The position numbers and the translations under genes were made by a program. Source: Lama glama (lineage: Eukaryota). Taken from it: 64,000 bases of DNA. Positions 51,369 to 64,000 of the stretch are shown one piece after another (the stretch's first letter is position 1; every line of letters begins with the position of its first letter). The notes under the pieces were generated by a model, which saw nothing but the letters and a program-made list of their open reading frames with translations, was not told the DNA's origin and did no database searches. The stretch lies in assembly GCA_028534125.1 (NCBI GenBank), contig CM052816.1, forward strand, positions 67,396,001-67,460,000, read 5' to 3'.

Positions 51369-52289
51369 ACCTATCATTGTAATCATGATCTTGCATGGGA
51401 TAAAAACTTTCTACCCCATGATCCAGCCACTTTGAACCCCAGTATGTCCTGAACTCTTTTTGCCTTTGTTTACTCCTTATATCAGGGGTGTCATTTCCCC
51501 CCATTTTACCTGGTAAAGGCCAACTGAATTCCAACTCAATTTTGCTTTTCCAGATCACTGCACTGGAATTAACCTCTAGATTAAATCACTAGAATATAAA
51601 TTCTATGTGGGCAAAAATTTCTGTGTTTTCCCAAAATTCTAGAACATGACCTGGCATGTGGTAGACACTCAGGAAACATCTGATGAAACTACATGACACA
51701 CTCTCGTCCTCATCTTGAACGTTTTGAAAACTGCCATCACATTCTGCTTTACATGGGAGTCTATCTCCATGAATTCTTCATTAAACCACAGCACTATGAA
51801 GGAACTCATCTCTGTGAACTCCAGTGTATCTTGGGCACAGTGAACACTCAATAAATGTTTGCTGAATTTGAATAGAGAGAGTTTGAATTCAGATTCTTAT
51901 CTGTTATCAATATAAATATTCTTATAAACAGCGTCAGGCCTAGTGATTTTTCAGGCATCTAAATGTCAAATAACATGTCAGTATTAATATAAATATATCC
52001 ATGCCTTTGTCATTTGTTTAAAAAAATGAACATTATACCTACATGCCATTGCTCTCCAACCCACAGTATGCAAAAATTTTTTACATCAGTTAATTATTTA
52101 AAAATTATCAGTATCTACCTGCCCTCATCATAACAAGGTTTTAAAGCCAATTATCTTGGTCAGACAATATCATGCTTTCCTTGGACTACTACCTTATTAT
52201 AATGGTAACAAATGGGTTTTTCTTGATGCCTTTCCTCAGATTCAAAACAAATCCTTCAAAGAGATACACAAACTAGTAAATCCATAAAT

Positions 52290-54135
52290 CCATACAATGG
52301 ACTGCTACTCATCAAACCTGGGTGAGTTTCAAAAGGATGAAAGCAGCCAGATCTGAGACTACACAGTGTATGGTTCAATTAGTAAAACATTCTGGAAAGG
52401 CAGAACTATAGGAACAGAAAATAAATCAGTGTCTGCCAGGGGCTAGAGCTGGGAGTGAGAGAACTGAAATGCAAAGAGAAACAATGAGGAAATTTTCAGA
52501 ATGACAGTCATACAACTATACACATTTGTCAAAACTCACCCAACTGTACATACACTTAAAGTGAATTTTTGTTTATAAATCATACAATATAATAAACATG
52601 ACCAAAAAAATCCTTCGATTTATTATCATCAGTATTATCATCATCAGCTGGTAAAAAAATAACATGATTCACACTAAATTCTGAATAAAAAATTGACATT
52701 AACTGGGAAGGAAGAATTACAAAATTGGAAAACAAGTAAAATTATCTCTTCTCACAGACAACATGATCTTATATGTAGAAAGCCTAGATTTCACACACAC
52801 AAAAAAATCTGTGAGAACATACATAGCAAAGTTGCAAGATACAAAACCAATACACAAAAATAACAATGAATAATCCAAAAAGAAAATTAAGAAAACAATT
52901 CTTAAAAAAAATTATTCTATGTATAATAGCATTAAAAAGAACAAAATACTTAGGAATGAGTATAAGGAATAAACTTAACCAAGGAGGCAAAAGACTTCTA
53001 CACTGACAACTATAAAATATTGCTGGAAGAAATTAAAGAAAACACCAATAAGTAGAAAGACATGGATTAGAAGACTTAACATTGTTTTGGGTAGTATTTG
53101 CATCTTAACAGTCTATAGATTCAATGCAATCCCTATCAAAATCCTATAGGTAATTTTTGTGGAAACAGAAAAATCTGTCCTAACATTCATATGGAATCTA
53201 AAGGGATTCCAAACAGCCAAAACAATCTCTGAAGAACAAAGATGGAGGTTTCACACCTGCTGATTTCAAAACATATTCTATAACTGTAGTAAGCCAAACA
53301 ATATGACACTGGAATAAAAAACACACCTAAAGACCAATGAAGTAGAAAGCCCAAAAACAAACCCTTGCATACACAATGATTTTTGACAAAGATGCCAGTC
53401 AACCATTCAATGGAGAAAGGACAGTCTTTTCAACAAATGGTGTTAGGAGAAAGAAATATGAGAAATGAGAGTGGGGAAGGGAAGGAAGGAGAACCCCTTT
53501 GGTGAGAATGTAAAATGGTGTGGCTGCTATGGAAAATCAGTATGGCAGGACCTCAGAAAGTTAAAAATAGATGACCATATATAATCCAGCATTTCTATTT
53601 CTGGGTGTATGTCTAAAAGAACTGAAAACAAGGACTTTTTAGATATATCTATACACCCACATTCATAGCAGCATTATTCACAACAGTCAAAAGGTGGAAG
53701 CAACCCAAGTGACTACCAATGGATGAATGGATGAATCAAGTGTGATATGCATACAAGAAAATACTACTTAGCTTTTAAAAGAAAGGAAATACTGATATAT
53801 GCTACACAGATGAACCTTAAGGACATTATGCTAAGTGAAATAAGCCAGTCACAAAAGGACAAATACTGTATGATTCCACTTACATGAGGTAACTAAAGTA
53901 GTCAAACTGAGAGACAGAAAGTAGACCTGGTGGTTTCCAAGGATTGTAGAGGGAGCAAGGAATGAAGAGCCATGGTTTAACAGGTACGGAATTTCAGTTT
54001 CACAAAAAGAAAAGAGCTCTGGAGGTGAATGGTGGTAATGTATAACAATGTGAATGTACTTAATGCCACAGAACTGTGTACTGAAAAATGGCTGAAATGG
54101 CAAACTTTGTTATGTGTATTTTGCCACAAATTTTT
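52290..54135 (+). mobile_element. L1 fragments (L1MC/ME-type 3' piece, then L1MB-type ORF2 pieces and 3' end), antisense to GPBP1
   Basis: gtaaaattatctcttctcacagacaacatgatcttatatgtagaa, tatagattcaatgcaatccctatcaaaatcc, and a 3' end ...gttatgtgtattttgccacaa. Confidence 0.88.
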
Positions 54136-54754
54136 AATTAGGACAATGAAGTCTATATAACTAACTTCCTCAAAGACTTCATTCAAAACATTTTAGTGTT
54201 TTGAAGATTAGCAATTATAACATCTCCAAACAGAAAAACATTTCTGCATGATCAGAACTATTTTTTTAAACTATAATGAATTTTTAAAAATAAATAAAAA
54301 CTCTGACACACTTCCTAACATTTTCAAAGGAATACTCTTTCAAAAACGCAACTATGGAGACATATAATGAGATGTTTTAGAATACAAAATATTCTTGTGT
54401 AAGGAAAAGGATAAAAGGTGAAGCTGTATTTGGGAAAGCTACTGTTGCATTCTACTTATGCCCAAGACGTTTAAAAAACTTTTTAAATGTCTGGAAAATG
54501 ACAAATCAGACATATTCTTTATACATCAGACATAGTCTTTACACTAATTCCTAAGCACTGTATACCCATAGATTTAAAATCGTCATCACAGCAGACCTGT
54601 TTAAAACAAAGGGAAATCACGCCTTAAGTGTGATGTCTAATAAATTCCTACGTAAGAATATAAAACTTCCCTACCCCGCCTCAAATGCTTAGTTACATGT
54701 TGTTCTGATTAAGGAAGGGAAATTTAAAGTGAACTTTTAAGATTCAAGTCTTAC

Positions 54755-54857
54755 CTGTTCACTAATAACTTGGAATTCTCTCATTTCATCCTCAGTTAAG
54801 GGAGCACATGTTTCATCATTTTCACTGTCTTCTTGCCAGCCCATCTCCTTTAACAAT
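54755..54857 (-). CDS. GPBP1: GPBP1 penultimate coding exon
   Basis: Acceptor ctttccag, then (R)LLKEMGWQEDSENDETCAPLTEDEMREFQVISEQ, donor gtaaga. 103 nt, phases 2 and 0. Confidence 0.97.
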
Positions 54858-56243
54858 CTGGAAAGGGAGGAAATAAATACATTTAATTTAGAACTTCACC
54901 CAAGTAAGATAATTCCATTTATATGACATGCAAGAAAGTATGATCCATTATTCACTATGCAAAGTCTGTATGATATACAAAATAAAATTTGAGTTTAAGC
55001 TTCAAACATCTTTCTGAAAATGAATAAATAGTTAACATTATGCCCAATAAACTATCTTAAATAATAAGATCAAAACGAACTGCCTAATTGCTTTACCTTT
55101 GGTGTCAGAGATTTTATAAGGCTGGAAACCTGAAAAAGGTTCTTTAAGCTAGAAACTGTAGCAAATTTGTTCAACTCTTGTACTAAAAGTAAAAGCAATA
55201 CTCCTCCCCATTTTCTTTAGGACTACCACAATCCAACATGTTCTCAGCTACTCATTTGGTTTTCTACTTTATAAAAAAAAAAAAAAGTTGGGCTACATTA
55301 CCCTACCTTGTATTTTATAATTTATTTATTTATCAATATCACCATAACCTCTTATGTCATACCAGTCATCACCCTCAACACAGTTCAATTGGAAAGAGGC
55401 AGTATATTCTACAGTAACATAATGACAATTTTTTTTAAAAGCTCACAACCAGGACTTAAGTAAGTAAAATAACTATTACGGTTATTCCCTTTTCCTTTCT
55501 ATTTTTAAAGAGAGTATCTCTATCTCAGGCAAACAAAGTTCAAAAAAAGATTAATGGGGAACCAACCACTATCTCCAGTTGGGCAAGCAAAAACACTGTA
55601 GCCAAAACTGCTGCATTTGACTTAGTAACTTCAAAGCTTCTGCTTCTTACATGGCTATATATCTTGTACTGGTCTGATTGCACTGGGGGTTTTGTTGTTG
55701 TTGTTTTAATAATTACATTCTTCAAGCATTTGTTACTCCTATTTACACCTAACTTATCTTCATGCCTGTCACAAATTGGCTACCCTGTTTAATTTTTATA
55801 CCTTTCTCAAATAAGCTCATAAAATTATCAGTGCTCAGAGACTCAAAATAAAATTTAACACTATACCCACACTTTACACATGAAGAACCAGAATCACATA
55901 AGTAAAAATAACTTGCCTACTTGATGGCAAAGAAATGAAAGAAAGAAATGAAATTCTGGGTTTCTGCCTCCTAAGTTATTACACACTGCTTCAAACTCTG
56001 CTGCCTCTGGACTAAAATATCACCATTATCATTAATTACTATTGCTCACATTCCTTTTCATCTTTTACTGTTTCTTTTCCAGTGCACTGTCTTCACTGCA
56101 ACCTAGATGACCTCCCTGTGGAATGGCATTTCCATTCTCAATACCATCTAGTCCAGAACCTACAGATCTGGGTTGGTAAAAACAACGTAACTGCTTTTGC
56201 TAAATCCTTACTTTTACTTGTTTCACTTTTAAAAACTGAATTA

Positions 56244-56372
56244 GCGAAGGGTATAGCTCAGTGGTACAGTGTGTGCTAAGCATTCATGAGGGTCTGGGTT
56301 CATTCCCCAGTACCTCCGTTAAAAAATTTTTTTTTCAAAATAAATAAACCTAATTACTTACCCCCTCAAAAA
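56244..56372 (+). mobile_element. Vic-1-like SINE (intronic)
   Basis: gaagggtatagctcagtggt...ctgggttcattccccagtacctcc, with a perfect 13-bp TSD aaaaactgaatta at 56231-56243 and 56373-56385. Confidence 0.92.
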
Positions 56373-57000
56373 AAAAACTGAATTATGACTAAATAATAAT
56401 GCAGATAGAACAAATTATTTCAAATGTTATGAAAGACAAATATTTCTGTCTTTCTCTCCTCTTTCCCCTTCCCTCCAGGGGCTATAAACTGTTAACTGTT
56501 TCTAGAATAGCTTTCAAAATACTCCATATAGTCCCTTTTCCCCACAATTAGGAATACACCAAGACACTAATTTGCACTTTGCCTTCTCATTAGCATTTCT
56601 TCCCATTTTCTTTCAAACTACTACCAAATCACCCTGATACCACTTTTGCCACCCTCTGCTAAATATTTTCAGTGGCTTCCCACTTTCTAAAGAACAAACT
56701 CCTTAACCTTAACACCATGACCACAAATGCAAATTCCTTACATTAGAAAAAGCACAGAATTAGAAGTAGAAGACCTGGGTCATAATTCCTACTCTATCAC
56801 AAACCAGGTATAAAACACAGGCTAACTCCTTCACTTCCCTGAGCTATTTCTTCATCTGAAGCATTTAAAGAGCTTGAATAGCTAAGGCCCTGCCTCTTCA
56901 ATATATCTCTAATTCCATTAAGGACTCCATACCCATGTCAAGATATTCCATTCATTGCCTCTAAAACAAACTAGGTATGTATTCAACATCCCTTCATACC

Positions 57001-57113
57001 TGTTTTTTGGGCGGGGGGGATTTCTTTCTTTATTTTTAATGGAGGTACTGGGAATTGAACCCAGGACCTTGAGCATGTTAAGCATGAGCTCTACTACTGA
57101 GCTATACCCTCCC
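57001..57113 (-). mobile_element. Vic-1-like SINE (intronic)
   Basis: The + strand reads tggaggtactgggaattgaacccaggacc...ctgagctataccctccc, the reverse complement of the SINE head. Confidence 0.92.
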
Positions 57114-57539
57114 TGCCGTACCCCTTTTTATTCCAAAAGCACAACCTACTACCCATGTCCAAATTAATGTCTTATCCTTTAAGACTTAATTTTGGTCCCA
57201 ATTAAAACTTTCTGACTAGTGCTCAAGCCATAATGTTATCTACTCCCAGACTCCCTTGAATTTCTGTGGCACTCATTTTTGCTAATTGATTTGGTGCTTA
57301 GACAAGAAAACTACCCCTATGATGCTGCAGCTGTCTCTCAACATCTTGATGATACACTGAAACTTGATAATAAAACTAGTAATATATATGCTTGATTATT
57401 TCATACTTTGTATTTTAGTTTATACATTTGAATAAAAATTGTCATCCTTGAGAACTGTATCACTGATATCTAATTTGTTTAATCAAGCAATATGAGTTCT
57501 TAGATATGTATATAACTTAAGAATTAGAAAGAAACACAT

Positions 57540-57785
57540 ACTACAACATGGATGAAGCTTGAAAGTACTGAAAAGTAGACTGGTGGTGGCCTAGGACAGA
57601 GTCACAATGAGGAGAAATTCTAAATGAGCACACAGTCTTTCTAGAGTGATGGAAATGTTCTAAAATTAGATTGTGGTGACAGTTATACAACCTCAAATAT
57701 AACCCACTCCCAAAAAAATCAGCAAATTGAGTAAAGAAAACTATGGTATATAAATTACATCTCAATGAATCTGTTAAAAAATACT
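57540..57785 (+). mobile_element. Old L1 (L1MC/ME-type) 3' fragment
   Basis: ctacaacatggatgaagcttgaaa...gtgatggaaatgttctaaaattagattgtggtga...tataaattacatctcaat. Confidence 0.75.
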
Positions 57786-57847
57786 TTCTATAATAATATC
57801 AAAATTCTGGATATAAAAAATACAGAGAAAAAAGTAAACACACTAAC

Positions 57848-58035
57848 CTGTGTTCTGCTTCAAGTGAACTAGAAAGAACATCAGTTTGTGGGAAGGTTGA
57901 AGACCGAATAATCTGCTGAGAAATTACCGAGGCATTGCCATTCTCTTGCGGAATTTCATTTTCATCAAAGTTTCGGTTTATATCCCTTTCTTGGTGAGTA
58001 CTATTGCTGTTATGCAAATTAAATGAGTCCTCATC
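57848..58035 (-). CDS. GPBP1: GPBP1 coding exon (188 nt)
   Basis: Acceptor atatcag, then DEDSFNLHNSNSTHQERDINRNFDENEIPQENGNASVISQQIIRSSTFPQTDVLSSSLEAEH(R), donor gttagt. Phases 0 and 2. Confidence 0.97.
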
Positions 58036-58186
58036 CTGATATTTAGGGAGTTTAAAAAAAGAGAGAAAAGAGTTGTTAAAAAAAAAACTTTAATAGATCT
58101 TGGTTAGATTTTCATTGGTAATATATAACTGTAATATTTATATAATCATTTAGGAGACATTCTTATAAAATGTAAAACTAAGCTGT

Positions 58187-58530
58187 GGGGGAAGGGTATA
58201 GCTCAATGGTAGTATGTGCTTAACATGCACAAGGGCCTGGGTTCAATCCCCAATACCTCCATTTAAATAAATAAATAAATCTAACCCCCCCCCAATGGAA
58301 ACAAAACAAACAAAAAACAACAAATTTTTTTATTTAAAAAAAAGGGGGGGGGAAGTGTAACTAAAATTGTAGAGCATATGCTTAGCATGCACAAGATCCT
58401 GAGTTTAATCACCAGTACCTCAAAAAAAAAAACAAAAGAACACCACACAACACAAATAAATAAATAAATCTAATTATCTCCCACCACCAAAAGGAAAAAA
58501 AATGTTTTAAAAAAGATTAAAGAAACAACT
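58187..58530 (+). mobile_element. Two tandem Vic-1-like SINEs (starting at 58187 and 58344)
   Basis: Two tRNA-like heads, each with an aataaataaatctaa...cccc tail. Outer repeat taagc(t/a)gtg at 58179-58187 and 58533-58541. Confidence 0.88.
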
Positions 58531-58789
58531 AATAAGCAGTGAAGGCAAGATAGGGCAAACTGAAGAAAACAAATATGAATTTTTAAATTTCATTTCTGAA
58601 CAGGAACTACAGAGTAAGAAAAATCTACTTCAGAAAGGAATCATTATTTATGCAAATAGTTAGCTAGCCTTGCTTTCAGAGATATGAAAATCTGCTTGAA
58701 GTTTATTTAAAAATCCTAAATTATACCTGCCAAAATATTCTAATGACATGGTAACATCAAACTAAGAATTACATGGCAAGTTCAATTAC

Positions 58790-58957
58790 CTTTTCTGAGC
58801 CAGCATGGCTTTCATCTTCATGTTCCTCTTCTACTCTGTCCCTTTTCAATGCTTTCAAAAATTCACTCTTCTTATCAGTGCGCATGCGTGTCAGTTTGGT
58901 TAGGCGAGGCTGCTGATTAAGTTTGTCAACAGGTGAAGAGGAATTTGAGCGATTACA
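58790..58957 (-). CDS. GPBP1: GPBP1 coding exon (168 nt)
   Basis: Acceptor ttttcttag, then CNRSNSSSPVDKLNQQPRLTKLTRMRTDKKSEFLKALKRDRVEEEHEDESHAGSEK, donor gtaatt. Phases 0 and 0. Confidence 0.97.
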
Positions 58958-60231
58958 CTAAGAAAAAATCAGAAATGTCGATAAATATGTAGACAGAGAA
59001 CTAATCAGTATAAAGTTCACAACTACCACAACTTTCTATTTCACCTTTTTCACAATACAAAATTGATTTCAAATTCTATTTTCCTCTAACCCTGCCATAT
59101 TTAATCTATCCCACTGAATAAGTAAACATAAGAACTTTCTTATCCCATAAACAATTAAGGTCTGATAACACTAAGAACTATGATTCTAAATTAGGAGTTT
59201 AAATACTATTATATAAAATGGATCCCGAAACTGCTTAAACATTTCTATAATACAAAAAAAGAGCAGTTTTGGGGATTGTGTTCCACAGAGTTCTACTAAC
59301 AGCTTCCAATATGATCTAGTATTTTATAATTATTTACACGTAGCAGGTACACATAAGGTTTATCAGGCAGGATTTCACGAGGGAAAATTTTTTGGGAGGC
59401 CAGGAGGGGGCAGCAAATGAACATGTACTGGAGTCCTTTTGTTTCTTGGGGAGTACAAAAGAAAACAGAATGTTAGAATTTTGTGTCACAGGGATTTTAA
59501 GCCATGAAAATAAATCAAAATGCCTAACTATTGGCAATAATGTCTGAAGACTATAATGAACTTAAGCTACAATTACCCAACTGAGAATGCTGGCCCTTAC
59601 ATCACAGCTTTAACATTCTGATTAAGAACTAGCATATGAGGAGTTAACATAGTACCCAGAGCAATCTCAGGTATAAAAACATAGTCACAAATGCCTTCTG
59701 ACCCTAAACTAGTCAGGGAACTCCCTGGTCTAGAGGTTTCAAAAACCTGGTCAAATGAGAAAGAAATATGTAAGCCATCAGGTATTCAAAGTCAGTAAAA
59801 TAATATGCATCTTTCCCTCTTCTTCCTCCTCTCTGCCCCCTCTAAGTGTTAACACTAATAAAATGTCCATCATTTCCAAAAGATTAAATACTACAAATTC
59901 TCATTTTTAGTCAAGGTTCAATCCTACAGCATAACATAACTCTATGACAAATGTCAAAATAGCCATTTTCATAATTCTTTTCTCAAGAATTACTTTCTGA
60001 TGGTTAGGTATATAAGTATTTCACTGTACTGATTTTTCTACATTTGTGGATATTTGGAAATTTTGTTAGAAATTTTTAAAATTACCCCAACTTAAAGTGC
60101 AAATCAAGGGTAGAATTTATGTCAAGTTTTCTGAAAAGACTAAGGTATCTCATTTTAATGAATTTGATGAAACTGTGCCTTTTGTTCAATGTTTCATTTC
60201 TTGGAAGTAATTTTAAATGCCATACACACAC

Positions 60232-60372
60232 CTCTTTCACTGAAGTTGTTGATGGACTAAAATTCTTGGCAGTTGACTTAAAAGTATTGAAGTTGCCAAC
60301 ACCATATGTAGACTCATGAGGGAAAGAAGTCCCAACTTTATTTTCTTTAGTTTGGCTTTTCCACTGTGTAGG
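60232..60372 (-). CDS. GPBP1: GPBP1 coding exon (141 nt)
   Basis: Acceptor tttctttag, then PTQWKSQTKENKVGTSFPHESTYGVGNFNTFKSTAKNFSPSTTSVKE, donor gtgtgt. Phases 0 and 0. Confidence 0.97.
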
Positions 60373-60983
60373 CTAAAGAAAAACGCACAAACATTAATGT
60401 GTACCTAACAGAGATTATACAGAAGAGAGAGAAAACAAAGTGAACACTATAAAATAAAGATGACTACATGTGGCTCATAAAACCAATTATTTTTGTATTA
60501 TATCTTAATCATTCCTACATGGTTCTCCTTTCTTTTTTACAAATAAAATCAAAACTTGGTATGCAGATAAAACATCTACCTACACTGCTTTTTTATTTTC
60601 AGTTTTATAAGCCTAAATAAAGTTAGGTTTCTTTTGCCTAATACCAAGAAAACACAGGTGAGAGTTTCAAAAACCTAAAACTGAACAACAAGGAACATTT
60701 TATGTATTACTACTGAGCAAATCTATCACACATGAATCTAACAAAAGAAGTATTTTATAGATTTCATTTACTAGTACTAAAACAAGAAAACATTCATGGA
60801 TTAACACACACATAACAAGTAGAGATAAAATTAATGACACACAGCGGGCCAGCACTTTCCACTTAGAAATCGGCAGCCCACCAATATGCCCACACTTTGA
60901 TGTGAAATTTTTAACATTTTCCCCCCAAAGTAGTCCAACTGATATCAACTTAAAATTTGCATGTTTAACGATTTAGAACTTAC

Positions 60984-61168
60984 TTTTGTAGGTGGAGCAG
61001 CAGGTTTAGGGACTAAGCCTTTATAAACACTTGGACCAGTCCCATTCTTAACTGGCTGTGATGGAAGATTTCCTACTACTGGGAATCCAGATAGCTGTAA
61101 ATCTTTTGTATTACCTTTCTTAATGACCAGCATCCTTTGAGTTCTAGATTTAGGATTCGGGGGATATT
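60984..61168 (-). CDS. GPBP1: GPBP1 coding exon (185 nt), the most 5' exon found in the window
   Basis: Acceptor tttatgcag, then (E)YPPNPKSRTQRMLVIKKGNTKDLQLSGFPVVGNLPSQPVKNGTGPSVYKGLVPKPAAPPTK, donor gtaagt. Phases 1 and 0. Confidence 0.97.
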
Positions 61169-63594
61169 CTGCATAAATAAAGCACGAGCAATAGTTATAG
61201 AGTTTAAATTTTAGCATAAAATTCAACCATCAGAATTTTGATTCCAAAATTAAACCACCAAAAGCATAGTATATTCCAAACTTGATATTTAAAAATAACA
61301 CAGTGGCTTCCCAGGTAAAATAATTAAGCTAAGTAAGTATGAACTATATTCCTGTTCAAGAAATAAAGCTCAAAAAGACTGATCACAGCAAGAATTGATC
61401 AATGTCAAGTAACAAAGATGAATTCAGCGAGACTGTGGCCTAGAATGGTAACTATGACCAAGCCAAAAATAACATTCTAGTATACTTTTCATTAGGTATT
61501 TTTTACTACAAATTCATCCTAATGGCTCTTAAGACTTAATATATAAATACAGTGTATTTTCCTCATCTCCAGCTTGAAAAGAGAATTTTTCTTTTCCTTT
61601 TCATTCTTTTTATGTCACTCAAAGTTATTACCAGTAAGAAAGGAACTACAGTCCCTCTATTTCTAAATTTCTACTTAAGTTATGACTAATGAAAGGATGG
61701 ATTGTTTTCACAATATCAATTCATTTAAATATTTAATGGCCATTCAATTACATTGAAGGCACTATGCAAGTTACAGGGCACTCAACTCAATACCAGCCTC
61801 TGAAGATAGTACTAGAAATAACAGTTGCTAACTGAAAGTTATTCTCAAGACAACTACAGTTGCTAAAATATGAAAAAACTACTCCTAGAGTTTGATCAGT
61901 TAATGTGTAATCAAACAGGTGTTACAGTGAACACCTTCACAATTATTGCAATGATGTACATCTTTCTTCCCAGACAAAAACTGAAAACATCAGGTTCACA
62001 GTTGAAGAGTTTAGAAGAAAAGAATTAATTCAAAACGAGAAATCACAGAAAATCTAAATTAAAATTAGCTTAAGATATGATCCTGTGAGATGGTGAGTAG
62101 GCACAGATGTGTGTAATGATGCCCTGCCTCAAACCAAACTTCCTACTGGATTATCTCAAAAACTAAACAAAATAAGGACTCGTAGGGACATTGCAGGGAC
62201 TCTCAAAGTTCATCTGAAACTTCAAACTCTTCAGAATACAGTGTTGTTATGGTGCTTCATTTACTGTAATGCTAAAAAGGATAAAAGAACAAAGAATAAT
62301 GACCTAAATAAACAAAGTGAGATAGGGTTCATCTTTCCAAACGTTAAACACACGTTAATCTACTAGAGTAAACATTCCAACTTCTTGGCTGCTTACAAAG
62401 GCCCAAGATATGAAGGCTAAGAAAAATATTTTCAGGCACACAAGGACACAGACATTTATCACCAATACACAGTTTTTCTCAAGAACATAATAAAGTCAAA
62501 ATGAAAATAAAGAATAATGATCTCAAACAGAGGCCAATGAAGAATACTAGAAATAGTGTTAAACAATTTAAATTTCACAGTTACTTCTAGTAAATAGATG
62601 GTGACAGGCATAAATAAAACAAAAGATTCCTGATTATTAACAATACTTAAAATATAAGAGAAAATCTTAACAGTCTGGTATTCAAAATCTAAATTAAATG
62701 AAACTCAGGAATCTGAGGAATAACTGGCTGATGCTGGGAAATGCTAAAGGCAGTTAAGAGTTTTGCAAGGTCAGGTCTCAGAGGAATCCAAGTGCTGAAG
62801 CAGGGGCAGCTCTATCAGTACACCACAACTAAGTTCAAACATGACTGATAAAGTCATCACTGATCAAAACTAGAAGACAGAAGAGAACAGATAGTAAAGT
62901 AGGCACATTAGGTTTAAGCCTCAACCAATGTAGCTCCTGACTATAAACTTCACCTTTCCTAAAAGTGACTTCTACACACTTAAGAGAAAGAGTCTGACAG
63001 TTTCCTCAAAGAGGTCTTCAGTGCAAAAAATGAGAATATCCTACAAAGAAGAAAGATGAAGCCTCAGAAAAATCAGTCATAGAAGAGAGGTGGTAAAGTA
63101 AAAAATGGTAAAGGTACCAAAACGGAGTATATAGGGCGTGGGAGGAAAGAGAAGCAGGCATAGTGCTGATATACTTACTAAGCATTCATTTTCAAACATT
63201 TTAGTACAAAGACTAAGACCATGTCCTTTTGTACCAGATCTACAGAATTTTAATACATGCTCCCACCTCACCAGTTAATCTCTCATCTGTAAAATGAAAA
63301 ACAGCATCTCCTGTCTTAGAGTTACTGTGAAATGTTTACTTTGAAACAAGTACTAGAAAAAAAAAAGTCCAGAAATGTCACGTATTATCTTCAAATAACA
63401 GGGTTCCAATCATATTTCAAATTGAAAGTGTCCCCTTTCAAGAATTTTAAACCTAAAATTTAAACCTAAAATCCATAAAAGTATGGAAGATATAACAGAA
63501 ATAAACACAACAAAGACTAACCAACGTCCTACATAACTATGCTGAAAATACTACATAAACCTGCCCATTTAAGAACGTGTTCTTAGCCTAATGA

Positions 63595-63745
63595 GCCAGG
63601 ATGGTGGCCCCCAGCACTGGTGTTCACATGGTGGAGTGTTCCCAAATGTGTCTGCTACCAGTGTCTATGTTCCCAGGGTGAGCTGCCACACCCCAGGGAT
63701 ACTCTCCAAGACCACCAGCTGCTGGTTGCTGAACTGCTGCTACCA
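63595..63745 (-). mobile_element. L1 5'-region fragment (GC-richer island in an AT-rich intron)
   Basis: ctgctaccagtgtctatgttcccagggtgagctgc...ctccaagaccaccag resembles laurasiatherian L1 5' regions read in antisense. Confidence 0.55.
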
Positions 63746-64000
63746 TGACACTGACTGACCAAAATTGAGTACTTGGACTCTAAAATCCCCTGCTTTTGAT
63801 TGATCCCCTCCCAGCTAAGAGCTTAAATTTATAAGAATGTGTCAGATGTCAATACTAGAACATATGAGCTGAAAGAAAGTATTCTTAATGTAATATAAGT
63901 AATAGAAAAGGGGAGGGCAGCACTGGTAACTTAAATTTACATCATTTGTATCTATTTTATACTACTTATAAACTGATTCATCTGTTCATAGATTATCTCC

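Noticed and set aside
60700..60948. Possible cryptic exon or snoRNA in the short GPBP1 intron
   Set aside because: A slightly GC-richer patch, but I saw no convincing splice-site pair or box C/D or H/ACA structure.
61169..64000. Further GPBP1 exons, including the upstream exon ending ...LAAGVW and the short alternative exon I recall from other mammals
   Set aside because: I could not find matching codons on the minus strand. They presumably lie beyond the window.
1..64000. CRISPR arrays, operons or other prokaryote-type systems
   Set aside because: No regularly spaced repeat-spacer arrays or long dense ORFs. The whole window is consistent with mammalian intronic and intergenic DNA.

Overview
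This is mammalian genomic DNA, very likely from a camelid (alpaca, llama or camel), judging by seven tRNA-derived Vic-1-like SINE copies. The right quarter (about 48.85-64 kb) holds the 3' part of GPBP1 (Vasculin) on the minus strand. I read six coding exons with GT-AG junctions, consistent phases and an open frame to a TGA at 49653-49655, followed by a 3' UTR with two AATAAA signals. Upstream exons lie beyond the window. Bases 1 to about 48.8 kb are intergenic and repeat-rich (L1, L2, MIR, MaLR/ERV LTRs, hAT and Tigger fossils). Nearly all ORFs in the supplied track are chance or repeat-derived. The most interesting observations are: (1) a truncated endogenous retrovirus at about 33.95-34.95 kb with a readable but disrupted gamma-type env TM subunit, a polypurine tract and an LTR whose U3 end is CpG-island-like; (2) oppositely oriented camelid SINEs flanking a frame-shifting GPBP1 exon; (3) a three-layer nest of MER5, a MER41-like LTR and a younger LTR, with intact 4-bp TSDs; (4) three very short L1 3'-end insertions that start at nearly the same point. 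I see no prokaryote-type or wholly new system. Repeat family names are assigned from memory of consensus sequences, not from a database search, and coordinates are hand-counted.
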